Shown here in pieces: positions 46,945 through 57,607 of a stretch of 64,000 nucleotides of DNA. Origin of the DNA: Nitrospirota bacterium. Lineage in GTDB: Bacteria > Nitrospirota > UBA9217. Within the stretch, counting starts at the first letter, position 1, and every line of letters starts with the position of its first letter. The notes beneath the pieces were generated by a model. It saw only the letters and a program-made list of their open reading frames with translations. It was not told the DNA's origin and made no database searches. A program made the translations under genes and the position numbers. The stretch spans positions 192,001 to 256,000 of the forward strand of contig CAWFSF010000002.1 in the NCBI GenBank assembly GCA_963818475.1, written 5' to 3'.

Positions 46945-47340
46945 ATGAAAAAACGTCAAAAAGAAAAAGCCAAAAAAGCCGATATGCCTGAATTCCTTTT
47001 CAAGGAGTTCACGCCTGAGGAAGGCAAACTCTATGAAGATGCCGTGAATAAATACCGCGAAGCGATTGCCGCAGGAAAGACGCTCCGCCAGGCATATGAG
47101 AGCTATGCCGTCGCCGATAAAGAACTGGAAGCGGTGATCCAGGCGGATTTCCTGAAGATCATGATCGCCGACCTGCACTTCGGCCAGGGGAAGTCGCTTG
47201 CGGACGTGGCAGCGACGCTCTCGGTGCCGAACGAGCTGGTCCAGGACACAAAGAAACGGATGCTGCAGGAGGCCGGCGTTACAGCCGGGAACCAGTTCGG
47301 GGAGCAATTCGGCGACGTGGTGGCGAAGACGAACGACTGA
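46945..47340 (+). CDS. Hypothetical protein
   Basis: 131-aa ORF followed by a terminator-like hairpin. Confidence 0.65.
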   Translation: MKKRQKEKAKKADMPEFLFKEFTPEEGKLYEDAVNKYREAIAAGKTLRQAYESYAVADKELEAVIQADFLKIMIADLHFGQGKSLADVAATLSVPNELVQDTKKRMLQEAGVTAGNQFGEQFGDVVAKTND

Positions 47341-47390
47341 GAAGCGCCTGAGACCTCGCATAAGCGCGGATCAAACAGATTTTTAGAATC

Positions 47391-47423
47391 AAAGGGGTAG
47401 CCTAATTAGGCTGCCTTTTTTTT
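47391..47423 (+). terminator. Intrinsic terminator
   Basis: ggggtagcctaattaggctgcc followed by a T-run. Confidence 0.7.
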
Positions 47424-47459
47424 GCGTTTGGAAGGGGAAGGGAGAAACCTAAACGACAG

Positions 47460-47715
47460 TTGGACGCGGATTAACGCGGATTTTCGCGGATAGGACTTTT
47501 ACCCTAAAAGTGAGCACTGATATTTTCGTAGTAAAGTATAAGCCGTCTTTGCGAGCATAGCGAAGCAATCTCGCAGTTGGAATCAGCCTGATAAATCAGA
47601 TTGCCGCGTCGCTCCGCTCCTCGCAATGACGGCAGTGGGAACTTCTTAGGAGGCAGCAATCTTTAGTAGTATCGACTCGCTTTATCCGCGTTCATCCGAT
47701 TTTATCCGCGTCCAA
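47460..47715. repeat. 9-nt-periodic palindrome enclosing copy B of the 90-bp element
   Basis: ttggacgcggattaacgcggattttcgcggata ... tatccgcgttcatccgattttatccgcgtccaa with 47541-47630 nested inside. Confidence 0.85.
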
Positions 47716-47730
47716 AGGCTCTTTTCAGAA

Positions 47731-48633
47731 TTACAGCCGGATCAGGTCCTGATGATCGTCCTCATGGGGATTGACATGGATCATGACGTCCCCGACGTTC
47801 TGGAAGTGATCAAAGATGAGCTTCTTGACGGAGGTGGCAATGGCATGGGACTCCCGCACGGTCATCTCGCGGGTCCATGTCGAGCTTCAGGTCCACGATC
47901 AGGTACTGGCCCGAGCGGCGGCACCGGATCTCATGCACGTGCTCAACGCCGGCCACGCCTTCGGCAAGCATCCTGATGCCGTCGATGCAATCGTCGGCAG
48001 GCTTGCCGTCCATGAGGTCATGAGCAGCGCCCACGAAGGTCTCATATCCGATGTGGAATATGAAAAGCGAGGTGATCCCCGCGGCGATGGGGTCCAGCAC
48101 GGTGAGTCCGAAGAAGGCGCCGGTGACGCCGACAAGCGTGCTGACGGAGGTGATGGCGTCCTTCCGGTGGTCCTTGGCCACTGCGAGGATGGCCGGGCTT
48201 CCCAGCTTCGTGCCGGTCTTGAACGAATAGCGGTACAATGTTTCCTTGATGATGATGGTGAGGAAAGCCGCGGCCACAGCCATGGCAGCCGGAACCTGCG
48301 TACACGCCGTCGATGATCGCATGCGATCGACCGGACAAGGATCCATCCGCCGGTTGAGAAGATGACCAGGGACACGATGATGGCGGCGATGCTCTCGGCC
48401 TTGCCGTGTCCGTAGGGGTGCTTTTCGTCAAAGGGCTGGCTGCCGATGCTCAGGGCGATCATGCTCGAGCCCAGGGCGATGAAATCCGCCGCGCTCTCCA
48501 TGCCGTCGGCAAAGACCGCTTCCGACTTGCCGAAATGACCGGCCAGCAGTTTCATGATCATGAGCCCGGCGTTCACCCAGAACCCGATCTTGATGACCCT
48601 GCCTGCGCTCCCGAACCGTTCGCTCCGTTCCAC
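47731..48633 (-). CDS. Cation diffusion facilitator transporter (FieF-like), frameshifted
   Basis: SEAVFADGMES, HPYGHGKAE, DHRKD, C-terminal dimerisation domain; GTG start after aaggag. Confidence 0.88.
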
Positions 48634-48768
48634 CTGGATCTCCTTCACTGCCGATAAACATGTTTGTCTTGAAAAAGAAGTTACAATAACTGGATGAAAA
48701 TGGCAAACAATAAATCTTTTTGACACTGATCTACACTGATTAAATATGATCCTTCCCAGACCTGAAAA

Positions 48769-49695
48769 TCATAAGACATCATGCCTTTTCAGTGTCAGGA
48801 TCACTTGCTTTTCTCCGTGCCTCCGTGACTCCGTGGTTAAGCTCTGTTGTACCGTTGCTGAAAACCGCCACCCCAGTTCCTCCAGCCCCAGCGTCTCAAG
48901 CACTTCATTCAACCGCTCGGCCGGCCGGCGGCGCGGCAGGTCCTTGTAGACCGCGATGATCAGTTCGTTTTTCATCGAGTGTTCCCACCCCACCAGTTCC
49001 GTCACGTTGACCTGATATCCGTGCGCCTCCAGTTCCAGGCAGCGCAGCACATTGGTGATCAGGCTGCCGAATTCGCGCGTGTGCAGCGGATGCCGCCAGA
49101 TCTCGGTCAGGCTGCTTTGGGCCAGCGCCTGGCCCTTGTTCTTCCTGAGCACCGCGGCCACCTCGGCCTGGCAGCAGGGCACCAGCACGATGAATTTGGC
49201 CTGCTTCTTCAGGGCAAAATGGATCGCGTCGTCCGTTGCGGTATTGCAGGCGTGCAGAGCGGTCACCACGTCAACCGTTCCCGGCAGGGCATCGGACTCG
49301 ATGGCTTCGGCCACGGACTGGTTCAGAAAGGACATGCCGGGAAACCCAAGCCGCTCTGCCAGGGCGCGGGATTTCTCCACCAGTTCATCGCGCGATTCAA
49401 TGCCGAAGATCCGGGAGCCGCTCTCCTGCTGCTTAAAGAACAGGTCGTAGAGGATGAAACCCAGATAGGACTTGCCCGCTCCGTGATCGACCAGGGTGAT
49501 AGCGGGGTGGTCCTCTTGGACCTCCTTCAGAAGCGGTTCGATGAACTGATAGAGGTGATAGACCTGTTTGAGCTTTCGCCTGCTGTCCTGGTTCATCTGC
49601 CCGTCGCGGGTAAGGATGTGCAGCTCTTTCAGCAGCTCAAGGGACTGGCCCGGTCTTATGTCGTGTTTTTCAGGTACGGGAGTGATTTTCTTCAT
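48769..49695 (-). CDS. Class I SAM-dependent methyltransferase
   Basis: VDHGAGKSYLGF, ALHACNTATD, PCCQ, HSMKN; C-terminus runs through a 9-nt-periodic repeat. Confidence 0.88.
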   Translation of the reverse strand: MKKITPVPEKHDIRPGQSLELLKELHILTRDGQMNQDSRRKLKQVYHLYQFIEPLLKEVQEDHPAITLVDHGAGKSYLGFILYDLFFKQQESGSRIFGIESRDELVEKSRALAERLGFPGMSFLNQSVAEAIESDALPGTVDVVTALHACNTATDDAIHFALKKQAKFIVLVPCCQAEVAAVLRKNKGQALAQSSLTEIWRHPLHTREFGSLITNVLRCLELEAHGYQVNVTELVGWEHSMKNELIIAVYKDLPRRRPAERLNEVLETLGLEELGWRFSATVQQSLTTESRRHGEKQVILTLKRHDVL

Positions 49696-49799
49696 TTCTA
49701 GGAGCCTCCCAACATTCGGTTGTCTGACTCAAACGCCCGGGTCTCGGCTACCCTGCCCGGAAACCGGTGTTTATGGTTCTTTTCAGCGCCCCAAACTTT

Positions 49800-50361
49800 T
49801 CAGGAACATATGAGGACAGATGCGCCGTACTGCCCCACGCTGGCACCGATTGCGCGGAAGATCTTCCATGATCCGTCATCTTGCCGCTTCACGATCCAGA
49901 GCCAATTGCCGTGATCCTCCTCGATTGGCGGGCCGCCCTCCTTCGGTATCACCGTCGTGGTGTAGGTGCCGTCGCATAAAGGCTCAGGCGCCACAGATTA
50001 TATTAGGCTATTGCCGTGATCACTGCACACAGATATGGAAGGCGCCCTTCGGTATCACCGTCGTGGTGTAGGTGCCTCGCATAAAGGCTCGTCGCCACCG
50101 ACATCCAGCTCGATAACCTCAGAGCTGCCTCTGACTGAACTGCTCAAGGACCGTTTTATAACCTGAACGTATAGCTTTCTTACCGACGATTGGCAGCTGA
50201 TTCTGAGGCAGCAGCACTGCATCCTCGGTATAGAACTCTGCAATGGCAGCTGCGTCACCGGCGCCCCGCAGCCGCTGGTGCGGAAAGAAGAAATAAGAAT
50301 ATACTGAAAGGTCCCGGGGTCCGACAAGTATCCTGATCGCCTCGACATCTTCTGATCGCAT
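49800..50361 (-). pseudogene. Disrupted DUF4440/YybH (NTF2-like) gene with internal duplication
   Basis: AGDAAAIAEFYTEDAVLLP and GNWLWIVKRQDDGSWKI fragments; about 45-bp direct repeat at 49940-49985 and 50046-50090. Confidence 0.6.
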
Positions 50362-50401
50362 CGGCTCCCTTATGCCTTTTTTTCAAATTCCGATTTCAAC
50401 T

Positions 50402-51553
50402 TCATTGCTCCGATACCATCGATTTTGCAGTCAATATCATGGTCGCCTTCGACGAGACGGATGTTTTTAACTTTGGTTCCAACTTTAACCACCGATGAAG
50501 CTTAGCATAGTCAGGTTTGATGGCTATTGCCTTATCTAATGCCGTGAGTTCTTCCTCATAACGCCCCAGCTCCCCCAGCCGGACACCTTTATTAAGCCAT
50601 GTTTGAGCATCGTTTGGATTGATAGAGATAGCCTTGTCATATGCTACGAGCTCGTCTTCATAGCGTCCGAGGCTTCCTAACGCAATACCTCTATTAGACC
50701 AGGCCTCTGCATCATTTGGTTTAATGGCAATTGCCTTATCGTATGCTGCGAGTGCGTCTTCGTAACGTCCGAGTTCTCCCAAGGTAGCACCTTTATTTAA
50801 CCAAGCATCAGCATAGTCTGGCTTGACCGCAGTAGCCTTATCGTATGCCGCTAGAGCGTCTTCATCACGTCCGAGCACCCCCAATGTTACGCCCTTGTTA
50901 TACCACGAATCAGCATAGTCCGGCTTTTCTGCTATTGCCTTTTCGTACGAAAGCAGTGCCGCATCAAAATTGTGCTTAAGGTATTCCGAATTGCCGCGAG
51001 CTAAATAATCCTCGGGCGATGGCTTCTTTCCAAGCAACTGAACGGATTCCAGCGTTCTCTCAAATTGTTCGAATTTTTCCTTAACCCACGCCGGAACAGT
51101 GTCCTTTTCTTTCAAATCAACCGCGGGCAGTTGGTTTCGCATGTCCTCCAGTCGAATCTCGGCGTTCGTCACGATATCATTGAATTTACTATTTGTCTCC
51201 TCCATCTTCCGCTTCAAAGAACGCCACCTCTTTATTTCCATAAAACCGAAAGCGATCATCAGCATCAGGATGAGAGTAAGGACTGTGAGCATAACCCCGA
51301 GAATACCTACATTGATACTCATTATGTTCAAAGACCGATCGAATGCGCGTTGAGATTCTGCCAACAACTCTTTTTCCATGGGAAGCGTTGCAGATTGCGC
51401 TTTAGTTGCTGACTGGGAGCTGGCAAGGGGAATCTTTTTTATCACAGGCGACACCGTATTCGCCCCTATTGAATACGTCTGCTGAGCCAAAGAGGGGGCA
51501 GGGAGAATTAAAAGGAGGAATATAGCTAATCGAAGTATGAGCTGAGTAGTCAT
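50402..51553 (-). CDS. Membrane-anchored TPR repeat protein
   Basis: Signal peptide and TM, about five 34-aa repeats ([25 protein letters not shown]); lower GC than flanks. Confidence 0.88.
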   Translation of the reverse strand: MTTQLILRLAIFLLLILPAPSLAQQTYSIGANTVSPVIKKIPLASSQSATKAQSATLPMEKELLAESQRAFDRSLNIMSINVGILGVMLTVLTLILMLMIAFGFMEIKRWRSLKRKMEETNSKFNDIVTNAEIRLEDMRNQLPAVDLKEKDTVPAWVKEKFEQFERTLESVQLLGKKPSPEDYLARGNSEYLKHNFDAALLSYEKAIAEKPDYADSWYNKGVTLGVLGRDEDALAAYDKATAVKPDYADAWLNKGATLGELGRYEDALAAYDKAIAIKPNDAEAWSNRGIALGSLGRYEDELVAYDKAISINPNDAQTWLNKGVRLGELGRYEEELTALDKAIAIKPDYAKLHRWLKLEPKLKTSVSSKATMILTAKSMVSEQ

Positions 51554-51596
51554 TTATTCTTTCTGTGCCACCCTGAGAGATGCACAATTCTAGTTC

Positions 51597-51784
51597 GTCG
51601 GTCGGGCAGAGTGCAATGAAACCCGATATGCGTCCAAGCTATTTTAGAGTTAGGCCCACTCAACGAAGGCTAGATGATATTGAACTGTTCGCGGCGAGCT
51701 TCGGTATCACCTGTTGTCGTAACTCGTTTATCAATCATAGTCTTCAGAAATGCGTCGGGTTTCGCTATGCTCTACCCGACCTAC
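51597..51784. repeat. Inverted pair of GTAG-type REP sequences
   Basis: gtcggtcgggcagagtgcaatgaaacccgat (51597-51627) versus reverse complement gtaggtcgggtagagcatagcgaaacccgac (51754-51784). Confidence 0.65.
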
Positions 51785-51995
51785 ACTCTGTGCTTTGAGT
51801 GAACGTTGATGACGCTGTGTCCCAGATTGACTTCTTCGGAAATGATCTCCACTTGTATTTGGCACTTATATTGAATACGAGGCAAGGATACAATAACGAT
51901 GGGTAAATGGCAAGGACATTGAAGGTCAAAAAGACCCATCGCACAGTTGCGTAGGTGGGAGTATTTGGGATCTGCGAACAGATGCCGCGCCTGTT

Positions 51996-52439
51996 TCAGT
52001 CATCTTTCTGCGGACACCCGGAAACATCCTTTTGTTTAGCGATGATCTGTTCGATCTCTTCCGCTGAGTAAAGCCTGCCTTTGCCCACACCGGGACAATA
52101 GGACGCGACTTCCCGTTCCCACACAGCGCTGTTCATGTTCTCCGGCCAGAAAGGCCAGGTGCGGCACTGCCAGGGCCGGGCCGTGTACACACTGCAACGA
52201 TTGTTTTTTAAAAATGGGCAGTCCTTGTCTGCGTACTTCAACTGGTACTGACCATCTTCTTTTTCGGTGTAGCGCGCGGTAAACGCTGTCGTCGTAAGCC
52301 CGAAATGGATCGCCAGACGTCGCCGATCATTGAAAGAAAGATAGACGTAGCTGTGTCGACCACGCGTAACGCAGCACTTGCCTTCGCCCTGACATTCGAA
52401 GCGAATCCCTTCTTTATAAAAAGGTCTTTTATTGGTCAT
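51996..52439 (-). CDS. YkgJ-family cysteine cluster protein
   Basis: FECQGEGKCC, CPFL, CSVYTARPWQCRTWPFW, CPG. Confidence 0.88.
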   Translation of the reverse strand: MTNKRPFYKEGIRFECQGEGKCCVTRGRHSYVYLSFNDRRRLAIHFGLTTTAFTARYTEKEDGQYQLKYADKDCPFLKNNRCSVYTARPWQCRTWPFWPENMNSAVWEREVASYCPGVGKGRLYSAEEIEQIIAKQKDVSGCPQKDD

Positions 52440-52568
52440 GGTATTTACCTGGGAAAATCAAGGGGGTAAATCTTCACGTTTATCCCTTTCCCTTCAAGGG
52501 CTTTACCCTGCCATGAAACACTCCGCCAATACCGCTGCTCTTTGCCTCTCGGAAAGAACAACTGTGTA

Positions 52569-53507
52569 TTATTTTTTGGCCAACTGCTTGTCGAGTCTTC
52601 TCGTGAACTGCGTGAACGCCACATCACTAAGCGCAAATAAGTCCTTCTGCACTGTTCCCTTCGGGTCCTTCAAATCGATGATCCGGTTCGGTCCTTTCGA
52701 GCCGAATTTTATGGTCTTTGCGTACTCAAGCCGATAGAGGGGGACACTGGACTTTCCCGGTGAGATCGGATTAATGGCAGGTGCGCCTGTGTCGATCGCG
52801 ACAGTACCGTTCCTTGAGACCAGGATCATAGCGGGCTCCATCCTGAGAGTATCGTTGCCGCGATCCGCCACATTGACGTCAACTTTTACCGTCGGGCGTA
52901 TACCAGCCTGAAGGAAGACGATAATGAGCCCGTCCAGATTGAGCTTGGCTGCAAGCTCTCCGATCTTGGGCAACAGCTCTTTCCGGTACTCGGGAAGATC
53001 GGGCACGCCTTCGCCTTTCATGCTCACCGTCGAATCGTCCACGTACGGGGGCCAAAGCATATTGCAGGGAATAAGCGGCATATTCTGAGCGGCGAGATAG
53101 TGCCGCATTTGATCCGGTGCAACGTTCTCGATGGCAGCTCCTCCCGTAGCCTCGTTTCCTGACTTCTGTTTTTTCCGGGCAGGCGATCGCTTGAGAAAAT
53201 CCTGGATGTTGGCATCCCCATAATTTAACGGCACCATCTTCCATTCCGGGCGGTTTGCCAGGACATCGGTATATTGCCGAGACGCGTAATTGATAGTTGA
53301 TTGCATCACCTCGTCGTCGGTCGGCTGTGTTCCCATCTTGTTGATTGCAATCGAAAGGATACCGACCTTTTTGACGTTCATAAGAACATCGTGGTTCACC
53401 ATCTTCCCTCCCCCCGCACATCCCGTCACGGAAAGGACTGCAATCACTGCGAGAGTCGCCACCCACAAAGAAAATCTCCGCCCCTCGATCTTCTTTCTTA
53501 CGTTCAT
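52569..53507 (-). CDS. Hypothetical lipoprotein
   Basis: Lipobox VTGC; ggagg RBS. Confidence 0.7.
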   Translation of the reverse strand: MNVRKKIEGRRFSLWVATLAVIAVLSVTGCAGGGKMVNHDVLMNVKKVGILSIAINKMGTQPTDDEVMQSTINYASRQYTDVLANRPEWKMVPLNYGDANIQDFLKRSPARKKQKSGNEATGGAAIENVAPDQMRHYLAAQNMPLIPCNMLWPPYVDDSTVSMKGEGVPDLPEYRKELLPKIGELAAKLNLDGLIIVFLQAGIRPTVKVDVNVADRGNDTLRMEPAMILVSRNGTVAIDTGAPAINPISPGKSSVPLYRLEYAKTIKFGSKGPNRIIDLKDPKGTVQKDLFALSDVAFTQFTRRLDKQLAKK

Positions 53508-53898
53508 AGAACCTCCGTTTTATATGTTGTCGACTGTTCACTCTGTCGATAAAGGAATTTCATTGTTTGCACATTATGTATTTCCCAGTCGGGGAAATAT
53601 GAGCTACGAGATCCTAAAGAGACAGCTTCTTATATTTTAAGATCTGTTCCCATATATTACAGCGAACAGTGGGAAATGCCATTGAAGAAGGATTTTTAGT
53701 GGCTTAACATAATTCATTTAAATAAAGCATTCGTAGTTGAATCGACTTTATCAACAAGCAGCTCCTCTGTCAATACAATAAGCACTGCTTTTCAGGAGCG
53801 CAGCGGCCGATGATGTAAATCATGGTGGCACGTCACTCTGCCATATCCGGTTGCATTCGTGAACCGACGAGATCGTGACGGAAAGGCTGTTGTTTCTT

Positions 53899-55746
53899 TT
53901 ACACCTTCTTCTCCCCAAAGTTTTTTATCTCCTCCATAAACCGCTCGCCATACCGCTCCAGTTTTACGTCCCCCACGCCGGTGATCTGCCGCATGGCGGA
54001 AGGAGTCGTTGGGAAGTGTCTGCACATCTCATGCAGCGTCTTGTCCGAAAAAATAACATAGGGCGGCACGTGCTGTTCCTCGGCGATCTTTTTCCTGACA
54101 ACGCGAAGCTGCTCAAAGAGCGTCTCGTCGTATCCTCCTGCTGCAGCTGCGGCTCTTCTTTTCGCTGCGCCTTTCTTCGTTTCTTCACGCTTGAGGCCAA
54201 AGACCTGTCCTGTTCCCGTCAACACGCCAGCACCTTTGGGAGTCAGCTTGAGCACCGGGTACCGGTCGCCGTCCTGTTTGATCAGCTCCTGCGCAAGCAG
54301 TTCGTTCACGATGAAGTGCCAGTGGTTCTTGTCCTTGTCCCTGCCTGCGCCGAAGGTCTTGATGCTGTCGTGTCCCAGTTCCTTGATGCGCTTCGTGTCC
54401 GCTCCCATGACAACGTCGATGACATGCATGATCCCGAAGCGCTCATTGGTCCTCGCCATGGCGGACATCAGGATCTTTGCATCCAGCGAGATGTCGACCT
54501 GCATGACCGAGCCCGTGCAGATATCGCAGGCCCCGCAGTTGTCCCCTGGCCAGACCTCTCCGAAGAACGACAGAAGCTGCTTTCTTCTGCAGACGTTGTG
54601 GGAGGCGAAGCGCACGGTCTGGTTCAGCTTTTCCATCGCAATGGCGCGTTCTTGCTCGTCCTGCGTGCGGTCGATGAAGTAGCGGATCTTCGGGATGTCG
54701 CCCCGGCTGAAAAAGAGCTGGCAGTGGGCAGGCGCACCGTCGCGGCCTGCGCGGCCCGTTTCCTGATAATAGGCCTCGATGTGCTTCGGCAGATCGGCGT
54801 GGACCACGAACCGGACATTGGACTTGTCGATGCCCATGCCGAAGGCAACGGTCGCCACGATCACCTGAACCTCGTCCCGACTGAACGCCTCCTGGTTACT
54901 CTGGCGTTCGTCCGCCGGAAGGCCTGCATGGTACGGGAGCGCCTTGATGCCCTGGCCTGCAAGGAACTCGGCGGTTGCGTCGACGGCATCGCGTGTCGTC
55001 CGGTAGATGATGCCTGACTCAGCCTCATGGTTTGCAAGGAACTCCAGAAGCTGCTGTTCTACATTAGTTTTGGCCTCTACCTGATAAAAGAGATTGGGAC
55101 GGTTGAATGATGCGCGCACCTCATGAGGCTTCCTGAGGCCGATCTTTTGAATGATGTCCTGCTGGACCTTCTCGGTGGCTGTTGCCGTGAATGCAGCAAC
55201 GGGAATGCCAGGGAACGCTCTTGGTATGGACGACAAGGCCAGATAATCCGGCCGGAAGTCGTGACCCCATTCGGAGATGCAGTGCGCCTCGTCAATGGCG
55301 AAGAGCGAAAGGCAGATGCTCTTTAACGTCTCGACGAACTGAGGCATGGCGAACCGTTCCGGCGCGATATAGAGGAGTTTCACCTGATTGTTCGTAAGCT
55401 TTCGATGTATCTCCGCCAGTTCCCGCTGGTCCAGCGAGCTGTTCATGAATACTGCCGCGATGCCGTTCTCCTGCGCCGCATCTACCTGGTCCTTCATGAG
55501 CGAAATAAGCGGGCTGATGACCACGGCAGTGCCGGTTTTGAGGAGCGCAGGCAGCTGATAGCACAGGGACTTGCCGCCGCCCGTGGGCATGACGGCGAAC
55601 ACGTCTTTCCCGGCCATGATGCTGGTGATGATGGGCTCCTGGTTCTGGCGGAAGGACTCAAAACCGAAGACCGTGCGAAGGGTATACTGTATTGTGGGAT
55701 CGACTGAAGGAGTTTGATCGTTCATGCGTTTTTCATCACCTGACAT
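53899..55746 (-). CDS. recQ: DNA helicase RecQ
   Basis: MPTGGGKSLCYQLP, DEAHC, HAG, YYQETGRAGRDG, Zn site, RQC and HRDC domains. Confidence 0.96.
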   Translation of the reverse strand: MSGDEKRMNDQTPSVDPTIQYTLRTVFGFESFRQNQEPIITSIMAGKDVFAVMPTGGGKSLCYQLPALLKTGTAVVISPLISLMKDQVDAAQENGIAAVFMNSSLDQRELAEIHRKLTNNQVKLLYIAPERFAMPQFVETLKSICLSLFAIDEAHCISEWGHDFRPDYLALSSIPRAFPGIPVAAFTATATEKVQQDIIQKIGLRKPHEVRASFNRPNLFYQVEAKTNVEQQLLEFLANHEAESGIIYRTTRDAVDATAEFLAGQGIKALPYHAGLPADERQSNQEAFSRDEVQVIVATVAFGMGIDKSNVRFVVHADLPKHIEAYYQETGRAGRDGAPAHCQLFFSRGDIPKIRYFIDRTQDEQERAIAMEKLNQTVRFASHNVCRRKQLLSFFGEVWPGDNCGACDICTGSVMQVDISLDAKILMSAMARTNERFGIMHVIDVVMGADTKRIKELGHDSIKTFGAGRDKDKNHWHFIVNELLAQELIKQDGDRYPVLKLTPKGAGVLTGTGQVFGLKREETKKGAAKRRAAAAAGGYDETLFEQLRVVRKKIAEEQHVPPYVIFSDKTLHEMCRHFPTTPSAMRQITGVGDVKLERYGERFMEEIKNFGEKKV

Positions 55747-55870
55747 TGGAACGTTGGCTCTCCCTCAGGAAGATTATAAGGTGAGCGGGATTATTAGGAA
55801 AACAAAACGGGGCAAGGAATTGTATTTTTCCTTACCCCGGGTCTTAATTCCGCAATCCGCAATCGGCCTC

Positions 55871-56821
55871 TTATTCCAGTACCGTGCCGTCTTTCAAGTC
55901 CTCATAAAATTTTCTGAGGTCGGGAAGCGTCTTCGCGGACATGGCCTTCATTCCGCTCCTGGGGTGCTCGTTCAGGATGCCGGTGATCATGTACGGGATA
56001 TGGTACCCCCATTCAACCTTCGCCTTCATGGGAATAAAGATCTCCTGAATGATCGCGATGATCGGCCGGATGTCGAACTTCGGGTTCTTCAGGAACGAGA
56101 GCAGCAGTTCCGTGGGGCAGTTGCCCGCGCCCCGCCCCATTCCGTAAATGGTCGAGTCGAGGCGGTTGATGCCCGCAACAATGGCATCGATGGTGTTCGA
56201 GAAGGCAAGCTGTTGATTATTGTGGGTATGGATGCCGAGCTCCTTGCCCGGAAGCGCTGCCTGGTATTTTTTCGCGAAGAATTGGATCTGTTCCGAATAC
56301 ATCGCACCGAAGCTGTCGACGAGGTAGATGACCGGCACATTGCTTTTTGCAAGGTCTTCGAGCGCATCATCGAGTTCCTTTTCGAGGACCTTCGAGACCG
56401 CCATGAGGTTGATCGTCACCTCGTAGCCTTTATCCATGCAGTGGTGAGCAAGGCTGATCGCCTTGTCGACCTCTTTCGCATAGCAGGCAACCCTGATCAT
56501 ATCAAGAGCGCTCTCGCTTTTTTTCGGGATGTCATGGTCATCGATGCGGCCGATATCCGCCATAGCGGACAATTTCATCGTCTTGTCGATGCCGCCGCAG
56601 ACCCTTTTCAGGTCATCTTCCGAACAGAACTTCCATGCGCCGTTGTCGGTCCTGGAAAAATATTTCTCCGAAGATTTATACCCTATCTCCATATAGTCGA
56701 CGCCGGACTGCGAGAGAGCGATGAAAACCTTCCTGACGAAATCATCATTGAACTGCCATTGGTTGATCAGGCCGCCGTCACGAACGGTGCAATCGAGGAC
56801 CTTTATCTGGGGACGGAACAT
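55871..56821 (-). CDS. DRE-TIM (HMGL-like) aldolase, 4-hydroxy-2-oxovalerate aldolase-like
   Basis: LDCTVRDGG, VDSFG, HTHNN, GMGRGAGNC. Confidence 0.85.
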   Translation of the reverse strand: MFRPQIKVLDCTVRDGGLINQWQFNDDFVRKVFIALSQSGVDYMEIGYKSSEKYFSRTDNGAWKFCSEDDLKRVCGGIDKTMKLSAMADIGRIDDHDIPKKSESALDMIRVACYAKEVDKAISLAHHCMDKGYEVTINLMAVSKVLEKELDDALEDLAKSNVPVIYLVDSFGAMYSEQIQFFAKKYQAALPGKELGIHTHNNQQLAFSNTIDAIVAGINRLDSTIYGMGRGAGNCPTELLLSFLKNPKFDIRPIIAIIQEIFIPMKAKVEWGYHIPYMITGILNEHPRSGMKAMSAKTLPDLRKFYEDLKDGTVLE

Positions 56822-56881
56822 GGTAATGCCTCCTGAAACGAAAATATTCCCGCGCGCTGTCTGGGAAAAAACAATGGGTGA

Positions 56882-57565
56882 TTATACACGATTTACTTCA
56901 GAATGTGAAGACAGGCCTTTCTGGTGGGCAAAGTCCTCGGCCTTCCTGACAAACCCTTTCGCCAGCCCGGCAATGGCGCTCCAGTCCTTTGCCGCCACGA
57001 GCTCGCGCTTGATGATCGCTGCCCCGATGAGGATGCCTGCCGCGTCTGCAGCAAGATAGTGTGAGACATTGTCGAGCGTCGCCCCTCCGCACAGCAGGTA
57101 TCGCACAAAGGGCATCGGCCCCCTGATCGCTTTGAGGAAGGCGAGGCCGCCTATCTCGACAAAGGGGAAGAGCTTTATGATATCTCCGCCCGCCTTATGA
57201 GCCCGGTATATTTCCGTGGGCGTGCATGCGCCGGGAATCGAAGCACATCCTTCCTTTTTTGTGAACTTCACTACCTCTTCGTCGAAGTTGGGGCTCACCA
57301 TATAGGACGCGCCGGCTGCCAGCGCTTTTCTCGCATCATCAACAGAGAGGATCGTGCCGGCCCCGACCGTGACCCGTTCGTCTTTGCGCAGCCGCCTGAT
57401 CACGTCATCTGCCTGTGGCACCGAAAAGGTGACCTCGATGAACCTGATCCCGCCTTCCACGCACGCCAGAGCCGCTTGATAGGCATCCTCCGGGGTTTCG
57501 GTACGGACCGCTACCACTAACTGATGTTTCTTCAGGTTTGCTATAAGGACCTCTGCGTTTGACAT
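56882..57565 (-). CDS. eda: KDPG/KHG aldolase
   Basis: AVR, IEVT, GAGT, SP, TPTE, KLFP, GG motifs. Confidence 0.85.
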   Translation of the reverse strand: MSNAEVLIANLKKHQLVVAVRTETPEDAYQAALACVEGGIRFIEVTFSVPQADDVIRRLRKDERVTVGAGTILSVDDARKALAAGASYMVSPNFDEEVVKFTKKEGCASIPGACTPTEIYRAHKAGGDIIKLFPFVEIGGLAFLKAIRGPMPFVRYLLCGGATLDNVSHYLAADAAGILIGAAIIKRELVAAKDWSAIAGLAKGFVRKAEDFAHQKGLSSHSEVNRV

Positions 57566-57607
57566 CAGCTCCTCATCATGCTTTGCGGTAAATGATCCTT
57601 TAATCAC

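Noticed and set aside
47731-48633. CDF transporter as magnetosome MamB/MamM
   Set aside because: No other mam genes in the window; a generic FieF-like CDF is sufficient
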